From Pelomyxa schiedti (taxonomy: Eukaryota; Protista; Evosea), in contig JAHLWZ010000823.1 of NCBI GenBank assembly GCA_020536535.1, forward strand, positions 1-64,000: 64,000 nucleotides of DNA, given 5' to 3'. Below the pieces are notes generated by a model. The model searched no databases and was not told where the DNA came from. It was given only the letters and a program-made list of their open reading frames with translations. This document shows positions 35,768 through 50,727 of the stretch, in pieces (position 1 is the first letter of the stretch; every line of letters starts with the position of its first letter). The position numbers and the translations under genes are program-made.

Positions 35768-37981
35768 CTAATGAGTGAAGTGTCTGTTTGCTGCTTGTTT
35801 GGTAGTTGTACCTTTCTTCCACATCGGGTACTTGGACTCAATTCTCTTGTCATCAGTGTAACGTTGCCTATACGTAGTAAACGGTGCTATAGCTTTTCCA
35901 GCCCAGGAAAGGGGCACTGTGACAGGCAGACAAGCATAGTGGGCAACATACGAAACTCCTGGAATAATGTCAGAAAGATAAGTGCGTTTTGAAGGAGAAA
36001 CCCAAAATAGGTATGAACCAGCGTGCATCTGAGTCCCACATGAACTTCCGGGTAAGAGAATACCCAAACCTCTTAGGAGCAGACCTTATTCCTGTGGAAA
36101 GCAACACCTTTCAATTATGTTTCTATGTGGTAAGGAAAGCATACCTTGATAAAACTCAATGTTTTGATCAACTTCTTTCTCGTATGGTTTCCACAGTTCT
36201 TTTTTGAACCTCAGTATCTTTTATTTTTTGAGAAACGAATAAGATTTCTCCAAAGTGTAAATTTACACAGCCACTTTTTAACTTAGTTGAAATAACCTGG
36301 AGACGTTTCCAAGCATCTCTCGCCGCATTAAAAGAGTCTCCACATATTACTTGATAAAAGCGGGTGCACACCCTTTGTAGTTTGCATAGGCTTGGGATCT
36401 TGGAAAAATTACTTTTGTAAACCCTGCTCCCGTACACACATCAAAGAAAGAAAAAATATACTTCAGAACTGGAATAATGAATGAGAGAAAGCAGGAAAGT
36501 GGGTGCCTTACGTTCATCCGACAGTGACAAGAAACTTGGAGGATCTGCAATGAGTACCAAATCCGATTCTTCACCAAAAAACATGTTGGACAGTAAATGA
36601 GTCTCAACAATACTATTCATTCTTGTGAAAGTTAGTGCAATATCCAGATATGTATCATTGAAATTAGGACAAACCGTTTGGAACAAAGTTGCAAGGCACG
36701 CAAAGCAGTGAGAGGCAAAAAGGACACAACGTGAAGCAAAATAATAGTTGGGAGAGATTGAAACGGATTTTCTTCATCCACTACAACGTAAAAATCGGTT
36801 TCCCGCAAGGTACTAGAGGGGTTTTTGTGTATTAATACTGGGGATTCTGATTGTCTTTCTGCTCTAGAGGTTGACCCTGTTCGCCTGTGTGGTGCAGGTT
36901 GTGCCACATCAACAGTATCCGTAGGTTGAGTAGTTAACATGCCCAACTCAACCTGTTGTGAATATGTCATGTACTGTTGCATGTATTGATCCAGATATTT
37001 ATTGAGATAGTCCTGCCAGATTGGACCTCTTACAGACGAGTCATTCAGAAGGGACACAAGAGTTGCTTGTTGTTGCTGGAGTAAACTTCTTTGTTGCTCT
37101 GCCTCTTCCGCACTCAATGGCACAGGTTCTGGCTGAGGCTCAAGTTCACAAGAGGACGGTGGAGTGAGGGCACACGTTTGCAAACCACGCCCTTGCAAGT
37201 TTGTTATCTGATCCTGCAGTTGCAAGTACAGCGCATTCAATTGCTCTATCAAATGTTGCTCCGCTTCGATTCTGAGCCGAGCCAAAACCACTTGTTCTTG
37301 CTGTTGCTGTTGGAGTTGCACTTGCAGTTGCTCTTGTTCTCGCTGACGTTGGGGTTCACCTAATTCACATTCACATTCAGTCCCTTGGTTCACACCGGTT
37401 CTCTCATCAGATATATTCCCGGAAACGGCACAAGAGCGAGAAGACGTTGGCATCAGGCACTGGGACTGGCCCAGCTGCTGCATCAGTTGCATTTGCTGAC
37501 GTGCGAGCAACTGCGCCTGCTGTTCCGTCATCTGGCCGTCCCTGCTTCCATCTGCTTCCAGAATCCGAGATTGATGCTGGGAATGAGACTGCGGGCCGCA
37601 CTGAGCACCCAAAGGAGGAGATCGCAGTCGAGGCTCTGGAGAATCATACGGCGACAGATTCGCGGCGGCACCTCTGCCGACCGGGGTCTCGGCCTCCAGG
37701 GTCGTCTGTAGATCCGGGGGCCAGTCTCCGCTCCACGTGATCACGGCCTCGGCCTCCTCGCCCTCCCGGTTCCCTCCCTCGCTCCCATAAGTCCCATCGT
37801 GCCCCCGCCCGTGGTGCCTGCTGTTGCTGGCGCCATCCCCTGCTCCCTGAGCGCCCTCGTGCGTCGTGCGCGTCGTCGACGTCGTCACCGCTGGTGCTGC
37901 AGGTGTAGATTCAGACGAGGTTTCACGCGAAGCCTGAGGCGGAGGTGAGGTTTTGCGCCCCACGCCGAACCAGCCCCACAT
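35768..37981 (-). CDS. F-box protein with Q-rich N-terminus and two F-box-like motifs
   Basis: FQSLPTIILLHVVSFLPLTALRALQLCSKRF; second motif FLSLSDE..LKYIFSFFD..LCKLQRVCTRFYQV. Confidence 0.7.
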
Positions 37982-38189
37982 CCAAATTGTTTTGTTGTTT
38001 TTGAATTTTTGTATTTTTGTTTCGTGGAGCGTCAGATTTCACATTTTTTTTGGCTTCCAAGAGATGAAGTTTGTTGTGTTGGTAGCTGACGAGGTCAACT
38101 TTTTTTAATGTTGTAACTGAACGTTTGTTAACTTAGGTTCCCCTTGGAATGGAATGGCTGCACATGCACTTTGTTTGCAAGTTGGAAAA

Positions 38190-40549
38190 CTAGGATTTGG
38201 CTGGTGCTTTGCCTTTGTCATGCCTTCTCTGCAGTGCTAGGGCTTCGGCAAGAGCTTTTTCGTGTGCAGTTTTGTTGTTTTTGGTGCCGGAGTCGGATTC
38301 ATCGCTGCTGCTACTGCTACTGCTACTGCTGCTTGAACTGCTGGATTCACTGCCGGTTTTGGTTGCGTTGTTGTGTTGGCTTCTTTTTCTGGATGGTGGT
38401 GGTGGTTGTTGGTGGGGAGGCTCGGCCTCGGGCTCCGGTTCCGGTTCGGCTGGTGAGGAAGAAGATGCGGCGGTGTTGCTGTTGTTGTGTGATTCTGATG
38501 ATGTGTTTTTGGTGGTTTTTGTGTGGGTGTCTTTGGTCTTTGGTGTGGAGCGGCGGTCCACTCTTCTTCTCTTGGGCTCGGTTTCTTTTGGCTTTGATTT
38601 GCTTGACTTAGAAGTTGCTCTGTGTGGGGTGTCTTCTTCATCGCTTTCGTTTTGGGCTTGTGCATGGTACACACCAGGAATTCGATTGGGCATCAGACTC
38701 AGGCCTCCTGGTAGTGTTTTGGACATTTCCTTGTGAATTGTAAACGATTTGCCCCAAATTACGGACATACAATCCATCTCTCATGGCTAAATTCAACAAC
38801 ATGCTGTTTGTATCTTACTTCTTCTTTTTTATTGGGAGGCTCACGTACACCTGTAGTAGTTCAGAAAGATCTCATTTTAGAATATCACGAAGCTTTACCA
38901 ACTTTCGGTTGATGGGGTTCACCAGTCACTTCCACCATCCCTTCTTTAACAAGGAAGCTAAGATAGAACAAATTTTCCACAGACTGACTGGGGGAGAGGC
39001 AAAAGTAGTTAGCAACCAGCCCTCTCAAACGGTCAAACCTGAAAGATCCTGGATTTATAATTACATATGCAAGTGAGGCAGGACCATGTGTGCGTGTATA
39101 AGTCTTGAGATTGTTGAACATTGTCTGAACTCTATTACTTGTTTCTTTATCTTCGTCTTTGGGTTTCAGTTGATTGACCTGTAAAAGGTCAAAACAGAAG
39201 CCTTAAAAAACTTGGAGTAAAACCTCTTTTGGCTTAACGACTTCATGTAGCTCTTTGGATCGTGCCTGTGTGGCTCTCTTCCTCTTTTCCTTTTCTTGTG
39301 GAGGTAGGGCTGTTAAAACCCCTTGCCTGTGGAGAATAAGTGGTGGGAATTGCTTAACGGAAATAAAGGAACTGAAGACAATATAGATGCTATGGAGTAG
39401 GAATGCGGACATAAAATGGATTGTTGGGGTTGTACAGAAGAACTTGGAAACGGTGCCACCCAAAGTTTTGAAACTTAATTGAGATGGATCCACTTCATCA
39501 ACAGGGGCTGATGCAGCATGGTGAGCCTCTTGGTTGGCCTGTAGCGTGCTCATATGATGCTTTAGCCTCTGCACAAATGATGAACATGTCCAATTATGGA
39601 GTCTGGAGGTTTACTAACGTAAGCACTCAGCATTTACTCTAAATTGATCACATTACGTTGTGGTAAGTTTTGATGCTTCCTCATCAGCTAGCACAGAGAC
39701 ACTTTCAACTAGATCTCCATCCAGCTGTGCTTCTCTGGGGTTGGTAACTGAAGATAAATAAGTACAGTGTTCCTTTTTTTTAAAAAAAAAAAAGAGTGAG
39801 ATACCTTTTTGATAGAGTTCATCGGCGTTTTTTAGTATATCATACAATCTGTTTGTTTCACTGATCACAGTGTCCTTTTTCAAGCCTTGTTGTATGAGGA
39901 ACATGGAAGCATACAAAACCACTTCATACTTGCAGATACAGTATCGTTTAACAGATACCGATATCTTCGGCGAATATCTCGCCTTTCTACTTCAGTTTGG
40001 TTCTATAACAACTCAGCCAACAGTATACAAACAAAAAAAAGAGAAGTGGCAAAGGGGGGGGCAGGGGGAAAAAAAAAAAAAAGGAGGGGGTAAAAAAACC
40101 CCAGCAGCAGCGGCAGTTGTTGTGGTTGTTGTTGTGGAGGTCGTCGCTGTAGTGGTTGGCCCGCCGGGCACCGCCGCGTCGACCCCAGCCCCCGCCGCCT
40201 CATCGAGAACGTCTGGTTGTGCGATTGCTGCTGATTGCCGCTGCTGCTGCTGTTGCCGTTGCTGTTGTTGTAACAGTTGTTGTTGTATTTGCTGCTGCAT
40301 AATTTGTTGTTGTTGTTGACTCTGACTCGGTGGGCTTTGATTCTGACTCTGACTTTGACTGTTCACAATCGGGGCAGCTACCTCGTCGGTTTGTTGGGAG
40401 GCGGAGGCGGCCTGTGTGCCTGCCTCCCCGTCATTATGGGAGCCGGCTTGTTGGCTTTGGCTTTGTTGTGATGATGTGTCTTGTTGTTGTTGGCTTTGGC
40501 TTTGGTCCTGTTGTGCTTGCACAGGCTCGGTGCGACGCTGCGCCTGCAT
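38190..40549 (-). CDS. NSE4: Smc5/6 kleisin subunit NSE4/EID family
   Basis: ADELYQKVTNPREAQLDG; FF.TTPTIHFM; IINPGSFSQSVENLFYLSFLVKEG (Nse4_C signature). Confidence 0.87.
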
Positions 40550-40891
40550 CTCTAAAGGGGACAACTTGGTCGTGCAAAATGAGGCCTTCCCCGAAGCTGA
40601 TTGTTGATTGGCTCCGGTGAAATGCGAGTTAGTTCTCAAAGCAGAGTTAGGAGCGAAACACGTAGGCATCCGCTCTGCGGGTGCTGCGAGTAGCCTTCTT
40701 GTTACCGATGAGACCCTCTTCTCTGAGGAGATGTGTCATCAATCTTCAATTGTGTAACGTCAGATAAATTGCGGGTCCCCAGTTAAGCTTTGAGAAAAAG
40801 AACATCAAAAAAACCTAATAATTATCCCTCGCCCACAGGACACGCAGACCCACCCCTAGATCCGCAACAACCGCATTTTTGCTAGTTAAGA

Positions 40892-42534
<1,643 letters not shown>

Positions 42535-42638
42535 AAAGAAACCCTAAATTCTACTAGCCACAAAGTAGTTTGTGGAAATCAAATTCTTGTGTCCAACAAA
42601 TTCGTGAGATGGTAGTTTGGAACCAGGGTGTTGTTCAG

Positions 42639-44289
42639 TTAGGATAGGAATACATCGGGGTCAGGAATGATCGGAAGGTGTTTGACGTATCGCGGGTCGT
42701 CGTCCTCAGTTCGTTCCACTGTGGTGACGTCAACAAGCTCGCTGCCGTGCAACTCCAGAATTTTCGTGCGCTCGGCGGCCCTTTTTGCCGCAGTCCTGGC
42801 CTCCATTGAAGTGTTGGCGCCAAACTGCGGCGGGGGTTCCACGTCTTCCTTGCTGATGTCGAACTCGTCCTCGCGCTCCACGTACTCCACGTTCTCGCCG
42901 AGTTCCACGAAGCCGGGTGCGAACGCGCTCCAGTTCTCGGCGTAGGTCCGGCCCCAGACATACAGGACGCCGCTGGTGCTGCACGATACAATTATGGGCT
43001 TGGCCGGGTGCCATGCCAGGTCCATGATGCCTTCCATTGGGCCTTCCAGGACTTTGTACATCAGGCCGTGTTTATTCCATATATCTGTGGTTTATAGTTT
43101 AGCAAATGCATTGCCTAGGTCACACCATACTTACACAGGTTGTGTTGAGATTTTGAGGCTGAGCCTGCTATAATTAGCTCCCCACTGGGACTGAACCCGC
43201 ATTTCTTCCATTGAACCTTTTCTACAGGATCCACAAAGTCTCTGAAAATGAATCAGGAGATTACGAAACAATAGAATTGTACCTTGGATGTGTTGGAGAG
43301 GCAGTCTCGCAATATCGTACAGTTTTATCAGCACAGTTTGCCAAAAAGAAATTACCATCATTGGTGAATTCAATTGATTTGATTGCTGAACTGCAAATCT
43401 TCTCAGACCGTTCAACTACCAGTCCATCCAGCCGCACAACGGTCAATACTCCGTGACTGTTTCCCAAGAAGATGTGATTACCATCGGGTGTGAAGGATGC
43501 TGCAAAACCACATGCTGTCACACGTTGCCTTTTCGTACTGGATGTCGAAACTGAGGATGACACATTGTCATCAACATATGGTAGAGGAGTGGTCTCCACA
43601 GAGCACTGCCCCACGCCTTCCTTCTTCTCTCCCAATCTCAACAACACAGGTACCTGCAGAATTGCATTTTTGGGTAGGTAATTAACATCCTTTCTCCAGG
43701 CAAAAAAAGAAAAAAAAGAAGAAAGCCACCCCATCCGAAAATAACTAAACAAGCAAAGCCCAAAATCACAAAAACAACATTGCATAAAATAATAATGACA
43801 ATAACAATAAAAATAACAATAACAATAACATATCAAACAAAGACACCAAGGGCGTTACATACACACATCATAAAGAGGCCAGACGAGCACGACGTCGTTG
43901 TCGCGAGGGTGCATCTGAGCCAGCCACACGGGCGTGTCGAACGACGCGACGGCGACGACGTACCCCCCGGCCACGTCCCACACGCTCGCGGTCCAGTCGG
44001 CCGACGCCGTCGCGAGCCTCGCGCCGTCGCGCGACCACGACAGCGCCGTGATGGCGTGCGTGTGCGCCGCGAAGCTGCGGGCGACGCTGCGCGTGTCAAA
44101 GTCCCACACCACCACGCGGCCGTCGTGGCACCCGACGGCCAGCAGCGTGCCCCACCGGTTGAAGGAGCACGCGGTGCCCAGGCCCTCCTCCAGCACGTCC
44201 TCGACCAGCTCCGGGCACTCGTCCCCAGGCAGCATCGTCAGGCTCCCTCGGTTCAGCACTCCGCTGCTCCTCTGCAGCTCCACATTCAT
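42639..44289 (-). CDS. RBBP5: RBBP5/Swd1 WD40 subunit of COMPASS/Set1 complex
   Basis: FNRWGTLLAVGCHDGRVVVWDFDT; WSAFAPGFVELGENVEYVEREDEFD signature. Confidence 0.93.
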
Positions 44290-44449
44290 CTCTGTTGTGT
44301 GTCCGTAGTGGCCACAGCTTGGCGGGGATTTTTCTTCTTCACAAACCTAAAACAAAATTGATGCAGAGCCGAATCTGTTACTGAAAGAAGAAAAGCATAT
44401 GGTCCATCTCAGTGATTGCAACCATGTGTTACCTCTGGTATGCACTGAT

Positions 44450-46608
44450 TTATCAACCAAAGCCCCCACAAGTTCCTGTCTACCTTTTCGGTTAAAGCAC
44501 GATTTTGTTTACAGAGAATATCATGTTGTGATCAATTTTTGTCTATTACTTTGGATACAACGGCGTTAATCACCAAGCCCCATTTTTTTGTAGGCAGTCT
44601 ATTACTTTTTCCGAACCAAAATATCCCGTGTGTGTCCTGGCTATTGGAAAGTAAGGATTGTTGTAGTGAGGAAAAGAACAAACCAATGCTCAGCATCGAG
44701 CATCCCTTCTGCTGGTAGTTGGGGTTGGCTCCCAGCTTGATTATCATACCTATGCCTCGGACTAATTCGTTCACCATTGGGGTGCCAGTGGAAGCTATTA
44801 GAGATGCAAGACCTTCATTTAAGGTACTCTGAGGCATGGAAGAAGTCATGGCTCGAAGTGCTGCCTCTATCTCTGGGACAGCATAGTACTGCAAAACATT
44901 CTACAAGTAGTTAGGATGGAATTTCAATTGCGTTTTGGAAGGTGGAAGTCTTCAACCGCAGCAATGTTGACGATATTGTCGGTATTTGGTTCCGGCTTCA
45001 TGAACGTTAGGAGTACCTTTTAAGGGAAAAAGATAGATGAGTACTCAGCTGTGTTGAATCTAATCTTACTTTCATCCTGTCCTCACTATTGATATAGGGT
45101 GGGTGGAGAATGAGGTTATACAGTTCAGCCTTGTTCAAGGATACTAAGTCTTGCATCCAGTTAGGTAGAGACGTGAGTCTCTCTGGACAAATCAGATTAA
45201 TGGAGTTGGTTTCATGGTAGGGCATGCACCAGTTAGGTCAAGAAGAATTCGTCGTAAAATATTGGGATCTTCAACAATGGTCAAAACTGCATGCAAAAAT
45301 AATTGGATGGTGGTGTGGTGAGTTCTAGGGTCCAATGGTACTGAGCTGTCATACAGCCAGCTAAAAGAATCATCTAGGTTCTCCGATGATTGATGCAGGC
45401 ATCTTACCCAAAGCCCTAAAACGTTTTCATTCAACGCTAAAGCAAGCTCCCTTGGCAGCTTTGATGATGCATTGCTAGACAAATACTGATTGCATCGAGG
45501 AAACTTGTGTGTAAGAGCACAAATTATGTAGTCCACTATTTCCGCTGGAAAGAACCTGGGTGGTTCGTATTTGGCTGCTTTCAGTAGGACTTCAAATATC
45601 TAGAAAGTTGGATATGAAGATTGAGAGTTGTAGGTGAGATAAGGAACCTCGGAGGCATCGGCAAGCAGAGCTTGGCGAAAACAATCAGGACTAGGCTTTG
45701 CGCCATGTCCTAAAAGCTTCTGAACAATAATCATATTTTTTGCCTTCACTCCCACCTCACATAGAACTGCAGACAAGGCGGGACCACCTGCATTAATTGT
45801 GGCTTGAGCACAAGAGTCCATCTGAAAAGTTCAGAAAAAATCAAAGTGCAGACATAAATACCGTCTCCCCCAGGTTCCTGAACGAAGGAAAACACAAAGT
45901 TCCTGTGTGGTACGCAGGACACATCACAGAGAAAAAGTCCCACAAGCCAGCTTTATGTGCAATAGCTATAGGAGAAAGGTTTCCACAACATTCAGCACTA
46001 GTGCAGTTACTCTCCACATTTGCTCCATGTAGTGATAGAAACTTTACAAGAACAAGATTTCTGTGCTTCACGGCCTCATGAAGTAAAGTGTGCATATATG
46101 GAGTAGGTCTGTAAATGGAGGCAAAAAACAACCCAGAAAATCCAAAGGTTATTAACAGCAAGGAAAAAGAGTTAGAAACTAAACAAGGTTCCAATCCTCC
46201 ACACGCGCGTACGTACGTCTTCAAAAGAGCGCCGATAGAATCGCTGCACGCGAATTCCAACTCAGCAAAGTCCCAATCAAGATACGACGTGAATCCCTTG
46301 AACACAGCCTTGCCGAGCCACTGGCGGCCAAACGACGAGATCTTCATCGCAGCCACCGGCGGTATCCGCGCAGGCGCGATTTTCTGCTTTTCCAGCAGCG
46401 GCCAGATGTAGAACCAAGGGCCGAAGAACCTGCGCCAACGGCGGCACGTCGCGGACGCGTGGTGCAGGCTCACCAGCGGCGTCAGGGCCGCTTCGAAAAC
46501 GTCGAGGCCGCCACCGAATTCGGTAGATCTGTGGGAGCACAAATAAAGTGCCACGGATCTCAGCGCCACCGCACCCAACCCCGTCCACCCTGATTCCGCT
46601 GTGTCCAT
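44450..46608 (-). CDS. Ankyrin-repeat-containing hypothetical protein, multi-exon
   Basis: TLLHEAVKHRNLVLVKFLSLHGANVE, IVQKLLGHGAKP, IIKLGANPNYQ; 3' end approximate. Confidence 0.65.
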
Positions 46609-46846
46609 TCGTCCGTCGGTTGTGGGTTTCTGTGAAATTTGTTTGGCCCCCTTCGTCGGTTTTTCGTTGTGGGGGAGAGTGTCTGTGTTGTGACTGAGCC
46701 ATATCCTTGCATCTGGAATGTAACAATGCAAATTAAAGTCCACGGTACACTCGCCAAAAACTACCTTCACGCTGAAAGTTCTGTGATACCGGTATCACAG
46801 ATGCCTTTATTTTTCCTCCTTTGTTGCTTTGGCAAAGTGGCTTGTT

Positions 46847-48577
46847 TTAAGAGAAAGTGCCCATTGCTTTGAGGTCGTTCATAACCTCTTCTTGTTCCTT
46901 GACTGCAGTGTGTATTGCAGAAAGCTGTTTGTGCTTCTTGTCTCTGAGCTGGAATGTGTAGAAGTTGGGAAGCAGCCTGCATGCTCCAAATCTGTTCTCA
47001 GGGTCACTCTTCAGCCTGCGCAGCACCCTCCTATTCACTTTATGCCCTTGCACAACAACTCCTCCAACCCTGGCTGCTGGTTCATCCTGTCCTGGAACCC
47101 TGATGAATCCATCGGCATCTGGCTTGTTGGCTTCTTCCCGCTTCTGCTCCATTTCCTGCGCAACTTTCTGCTGGTAGGCCTGCGCCCGCTTGTTGGTGAA
47201 GTTTGCGAGGTGCTCGTGGTATGCATCGAGATTGGTTGGTAAGTATGTGTACATTTCGGTTTGCCATTTCCTGAGCCCGCAGGTGCGAAGCGGTACCTTT
47301 AAAGGTCAATACAGTTATGTGTACCTTGTAAAGTTACCTGTGCTGTAACGTGAGTTAAATCTAAGGCAGCAACCAGCCCCTTTGAGCTCTCAAAGGAAAC
47401 ATAGGCGTTGGTACATCGGTCTTGAGGGCAAACAGGTGGGAATGGTGACCTTGTCTCCAACACAATTGTTATGCTGTCGATTGGGCCACACCTGTCGAAA
47501 ACGGCATGGAGAAAATCTTTTTAAAGTGTTATTATTTCTGGGTGAGTGTTTTTCCATACCTTCGGGTATTTGTGGGGGTAAGTTCAGCACAAACAGCGTT
47601 CTTCTTCTCAGTTGAGCAATATCACTTTTTGTGTTTGCCAGAATGTCCGACTCCAGCCCTTGCTCGTCCATATTCTCCGCCGACTCTGGGTTTTCCTCAG
47701 GTCTTTTGTCATCTGGCGAAGAAGCAGCCTCATCATCAGCGTCACTCTCCGTGTCTGATGATCCCTTTGATTCCAAGGATTTCTGGATCACCTTCATCAA
47801 CTCGCCGCGCTCTCTCTGGTGCGAGTCCCTCCTTCTGACCAAGTCCCTGAGCGGCTTCTGCTCCTCTCTCCTCAAGCACCTCGTGTACACGATCCTCTCG
47901 GTCGGCGGGCCCACCGGTTTCCCACAGTCCACAATCGTGCACCCCACCCCGACGGCGTGGAACCCCCCGACGAGCCCCGCCCCCCCGCCGCCCCCCGTCC
48001 TCCCCTTGCTCTCCTCCTCCAGCCTCGCCTGCACCTCGTCCTCCCCGTCCTCCTCGTCCCCATCCCCCTCGCCCTCCTCCCCGCTGCTGCCCTCCCCGTC
48101 CTCCACGTAGTCGTAGTCGTAGCCGTCGTCGCCCGCGGCGCCGTCCGCGTCCCCCGAGTCCGCGGCGAGCCCGCCGCCCAGGACGTAGGGGCCGGCGCGG
48201 GGCCGCCCGCCGGAGCCCGGGGCGTCGAGGAGGTCGCCCAGGACGTCGAGCATCGCGGGGCCGTAGAGCTCGCGCTCGGCCTTGATCTTGTCCGAGAGCT
48301 TGCGGCGCGTGGCCGAGCCCGCGGCCGCCGTGCGCGCGAACTTGGACGACCGCGTGGCCGCGGCCTCGACTTTGACAACGGGCATCTTCTTCTTCTTGCT
48401 CGCCGTAGACGTCGCCTTCGCCTTCGTCTTCTTCGAGCTTGAGGTGGTTGTTGTTGTTGCTGTTGCTGGTGGTGTGGCTGTGGTGGTGGTGGTTTTCGAT
48501 GATGAAGCCAGGAGTGGGTTGCGGGCGAGGGGCTTGGCTTTGGTGCCCTTCATGGCGGGGCCTTTTGATAGTTTCAT
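46847..48577 (-). CDS. RRP7: Ribosomal RNA-processing protein 7 homolog
   Basis: K-rich/acidic N-terminus; RTLFVLNLPP (RRM-like start); PDADGFIRV; LLPNFYTFQLRDKK C-terminal motif. Confidence 0.8.
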
Positions 48578-48886
48578 CAGTGGACGAGGCTGGGTCGCGG
48601 TTCACGAGAAACGAAACCCCGCAAATAACGACGTGCAATTACAAAAAGAAGAAGAAAGAAAAAAAGACTGGGCTCAGAGAGTAACTTCTACTAGGGATCC
48701 GCGCTGTACTCAGGCGAGAGAAGATTCGAATACGTGGTTCCGCCCAGAGTTGTGTCTCTGAGAGTTGCATTTAATTGATGTGCACAGTGCAATTTCTCAC
48801 ATTTGGGGTTACAAACGGTGGCACATTTCGGCGGTTTGTCGTATTGATCACTCCTCCAATACGCGTTGAAAAATAAGGGTGGTGCA

Positions 48887-50627
48887 ATGGCAACATCTGC
48901 TACTTCTTCATTTGATTCCCTGTTCTCCCCGTCCCCTTATGAATCCCCTGCGCCCACGGCCACAACGGCGACCGGCAAGCCCATCGAGAACTCCCTCGTG
49001 GATGCCGTCCTGGGCTCCCCCGCTCCTGCTCCCATAATGACGTCGGCTGCGGCGCCGCCGTCGTCCACAAAGTCGGTGTACTACACGGGCGAGGCTACGA
49101 CCGGGAGCGTGGCGGTTGACGTAACAGACGAACCGCCGCCGTCGTTCTCGTCGTCCGGATTGGGGTCAGATTCGGCAGCGTCCGAGCCTGCAGCTGGAAT
49201 TGTGGGACTGGAAGAGGACCAGGCGTGGGTCAGGAAGAGACAAGCTAAATTTATCAAGGGGGAGCGTAGAATATGCATCTCTTTGACAATTGCAACCGTG
49301 TGTCAGTGTAGTGGCAGTAAAATCTTATGTTCTTATTATTTTTGTGTGTGTGTGTGCCTTTGTTGTCATTGGTACTTTTATTTTGTACCTTTTTGGCGAT
49401 TCCTTTTAACTTGGATTTGTTTAGATTGCGTTCTTTATTTGCCTTTTGGTAAGCTTCATTGTCAAGAGAGATTTTGGTACAAATTACTCTTGTGGATTGC
49501 TTTAACGTTTGTTCCCCAGGCTTTTATTACGCGCTGAATATTATTTACTTGTTTTATTTTGGAGTTGGGTGTGGTATGCCTTACAGTATGTTGTGTTGTT
49601 ACTTACTTTTTGGTAGCCATGATCTGGGCAGTCCCAATTTTGAAGCTCTGTCATAAAAATGAAGAAGCCGTTCGACCATGGCAGTTACCATTTTTTGAAT
49701 TTTATGCACTACTTTCCATTTTGATGCTTTTACTTGCTGAAGCAGTTAGTTTCCCCCCTTTTTGCTCTTTCATACAAACCTCAATTTTTTCTTTACAAGG
49801 CAATTATAAGTTTTGCCATTTATATGCCTGAATATGTAGATTACCAGTATGCTTTCCTATTCTCACTGACTAACTGGTTCTAACCAAACGAAGGTGTAGG
49901 CATATTTCTGCATGTGATACTTCAGATATTGATCCGATTGTGGGACTTGGTATCGCTCTGGCATGCTTTACAGCAGTTGGCTTGGTTTTATTCTGTGTGT
50001 GGCCACTCCGTTTATTGTGTAAATGGGTGTCCATCATTAGAAAGAGATCCAACCTGCCTGCCACAAGAATGACACCAATTGTCATGACACTGGAAAAATA
50101 TTTGCCACGGTACTTGGATTTGCTTCGTCTTGCAACTGAGGCATGCAGTGCTATTATCATATTATACTTGGATTTACTCTATCTCTTTCTTTCAATTGCG
50201 GAATGATTTCTTACACATGGCTAGAAAGGTACAGCTGCCTTCAGGAGGAATGCCGAGTTCATATGTAAACTTTCCTGCTGTTTAATTGCAGTGTGGATGA
50301 TTCTTCTTTTCTTTTCCTGTTTGGTGTGTTATTCTCTTCTACCTTTATTGCCTGGTTACATTCCCTGTATTCCACAAAAAGATTATCAGTAGTATACGAG
50401 AAGGACTCCCAACGGGATTGGTTCTTTTCTGTGATGTCTACGATTTTATATGTTGTCCATACATCCAAACCCAACAAAACACGAAACACAAAACACGAAT
50501 CACAGGGACCAACACCAACATGATACATACAGGTTACATTCTCTTGGTCTCCTTGGCAGAAGGACTCAAGGCCACAGGCAATGCTGCTGCTACTGTCATT
50601 CTAACCAATGCCACATCCACCATGTAA
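48887..50627 (+). CDS. Multi-pass membrane protein of unknown function
   Basis: S/P/A-rich N-terminus followed by several hydrophobic exons separated by short GT-AG introns. Confidence 0.6.
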
Positions 50628-50727
50628 CCAAAAAAAAACCTCCCTGACACCGGGGGGATCGATCAAAAAGCTCACCTCCAATCTTCGTCTTTCTTTTTTT
50701 TTTTTTTTTTAATTTTAATCCAAGCCA

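Noticed and set aside
40690-40770. GTAAC/GTTAC and CTGAGA motifs recurring upstream of several genes
   Set aside because: Too short to separate from chance without enrichment statistics
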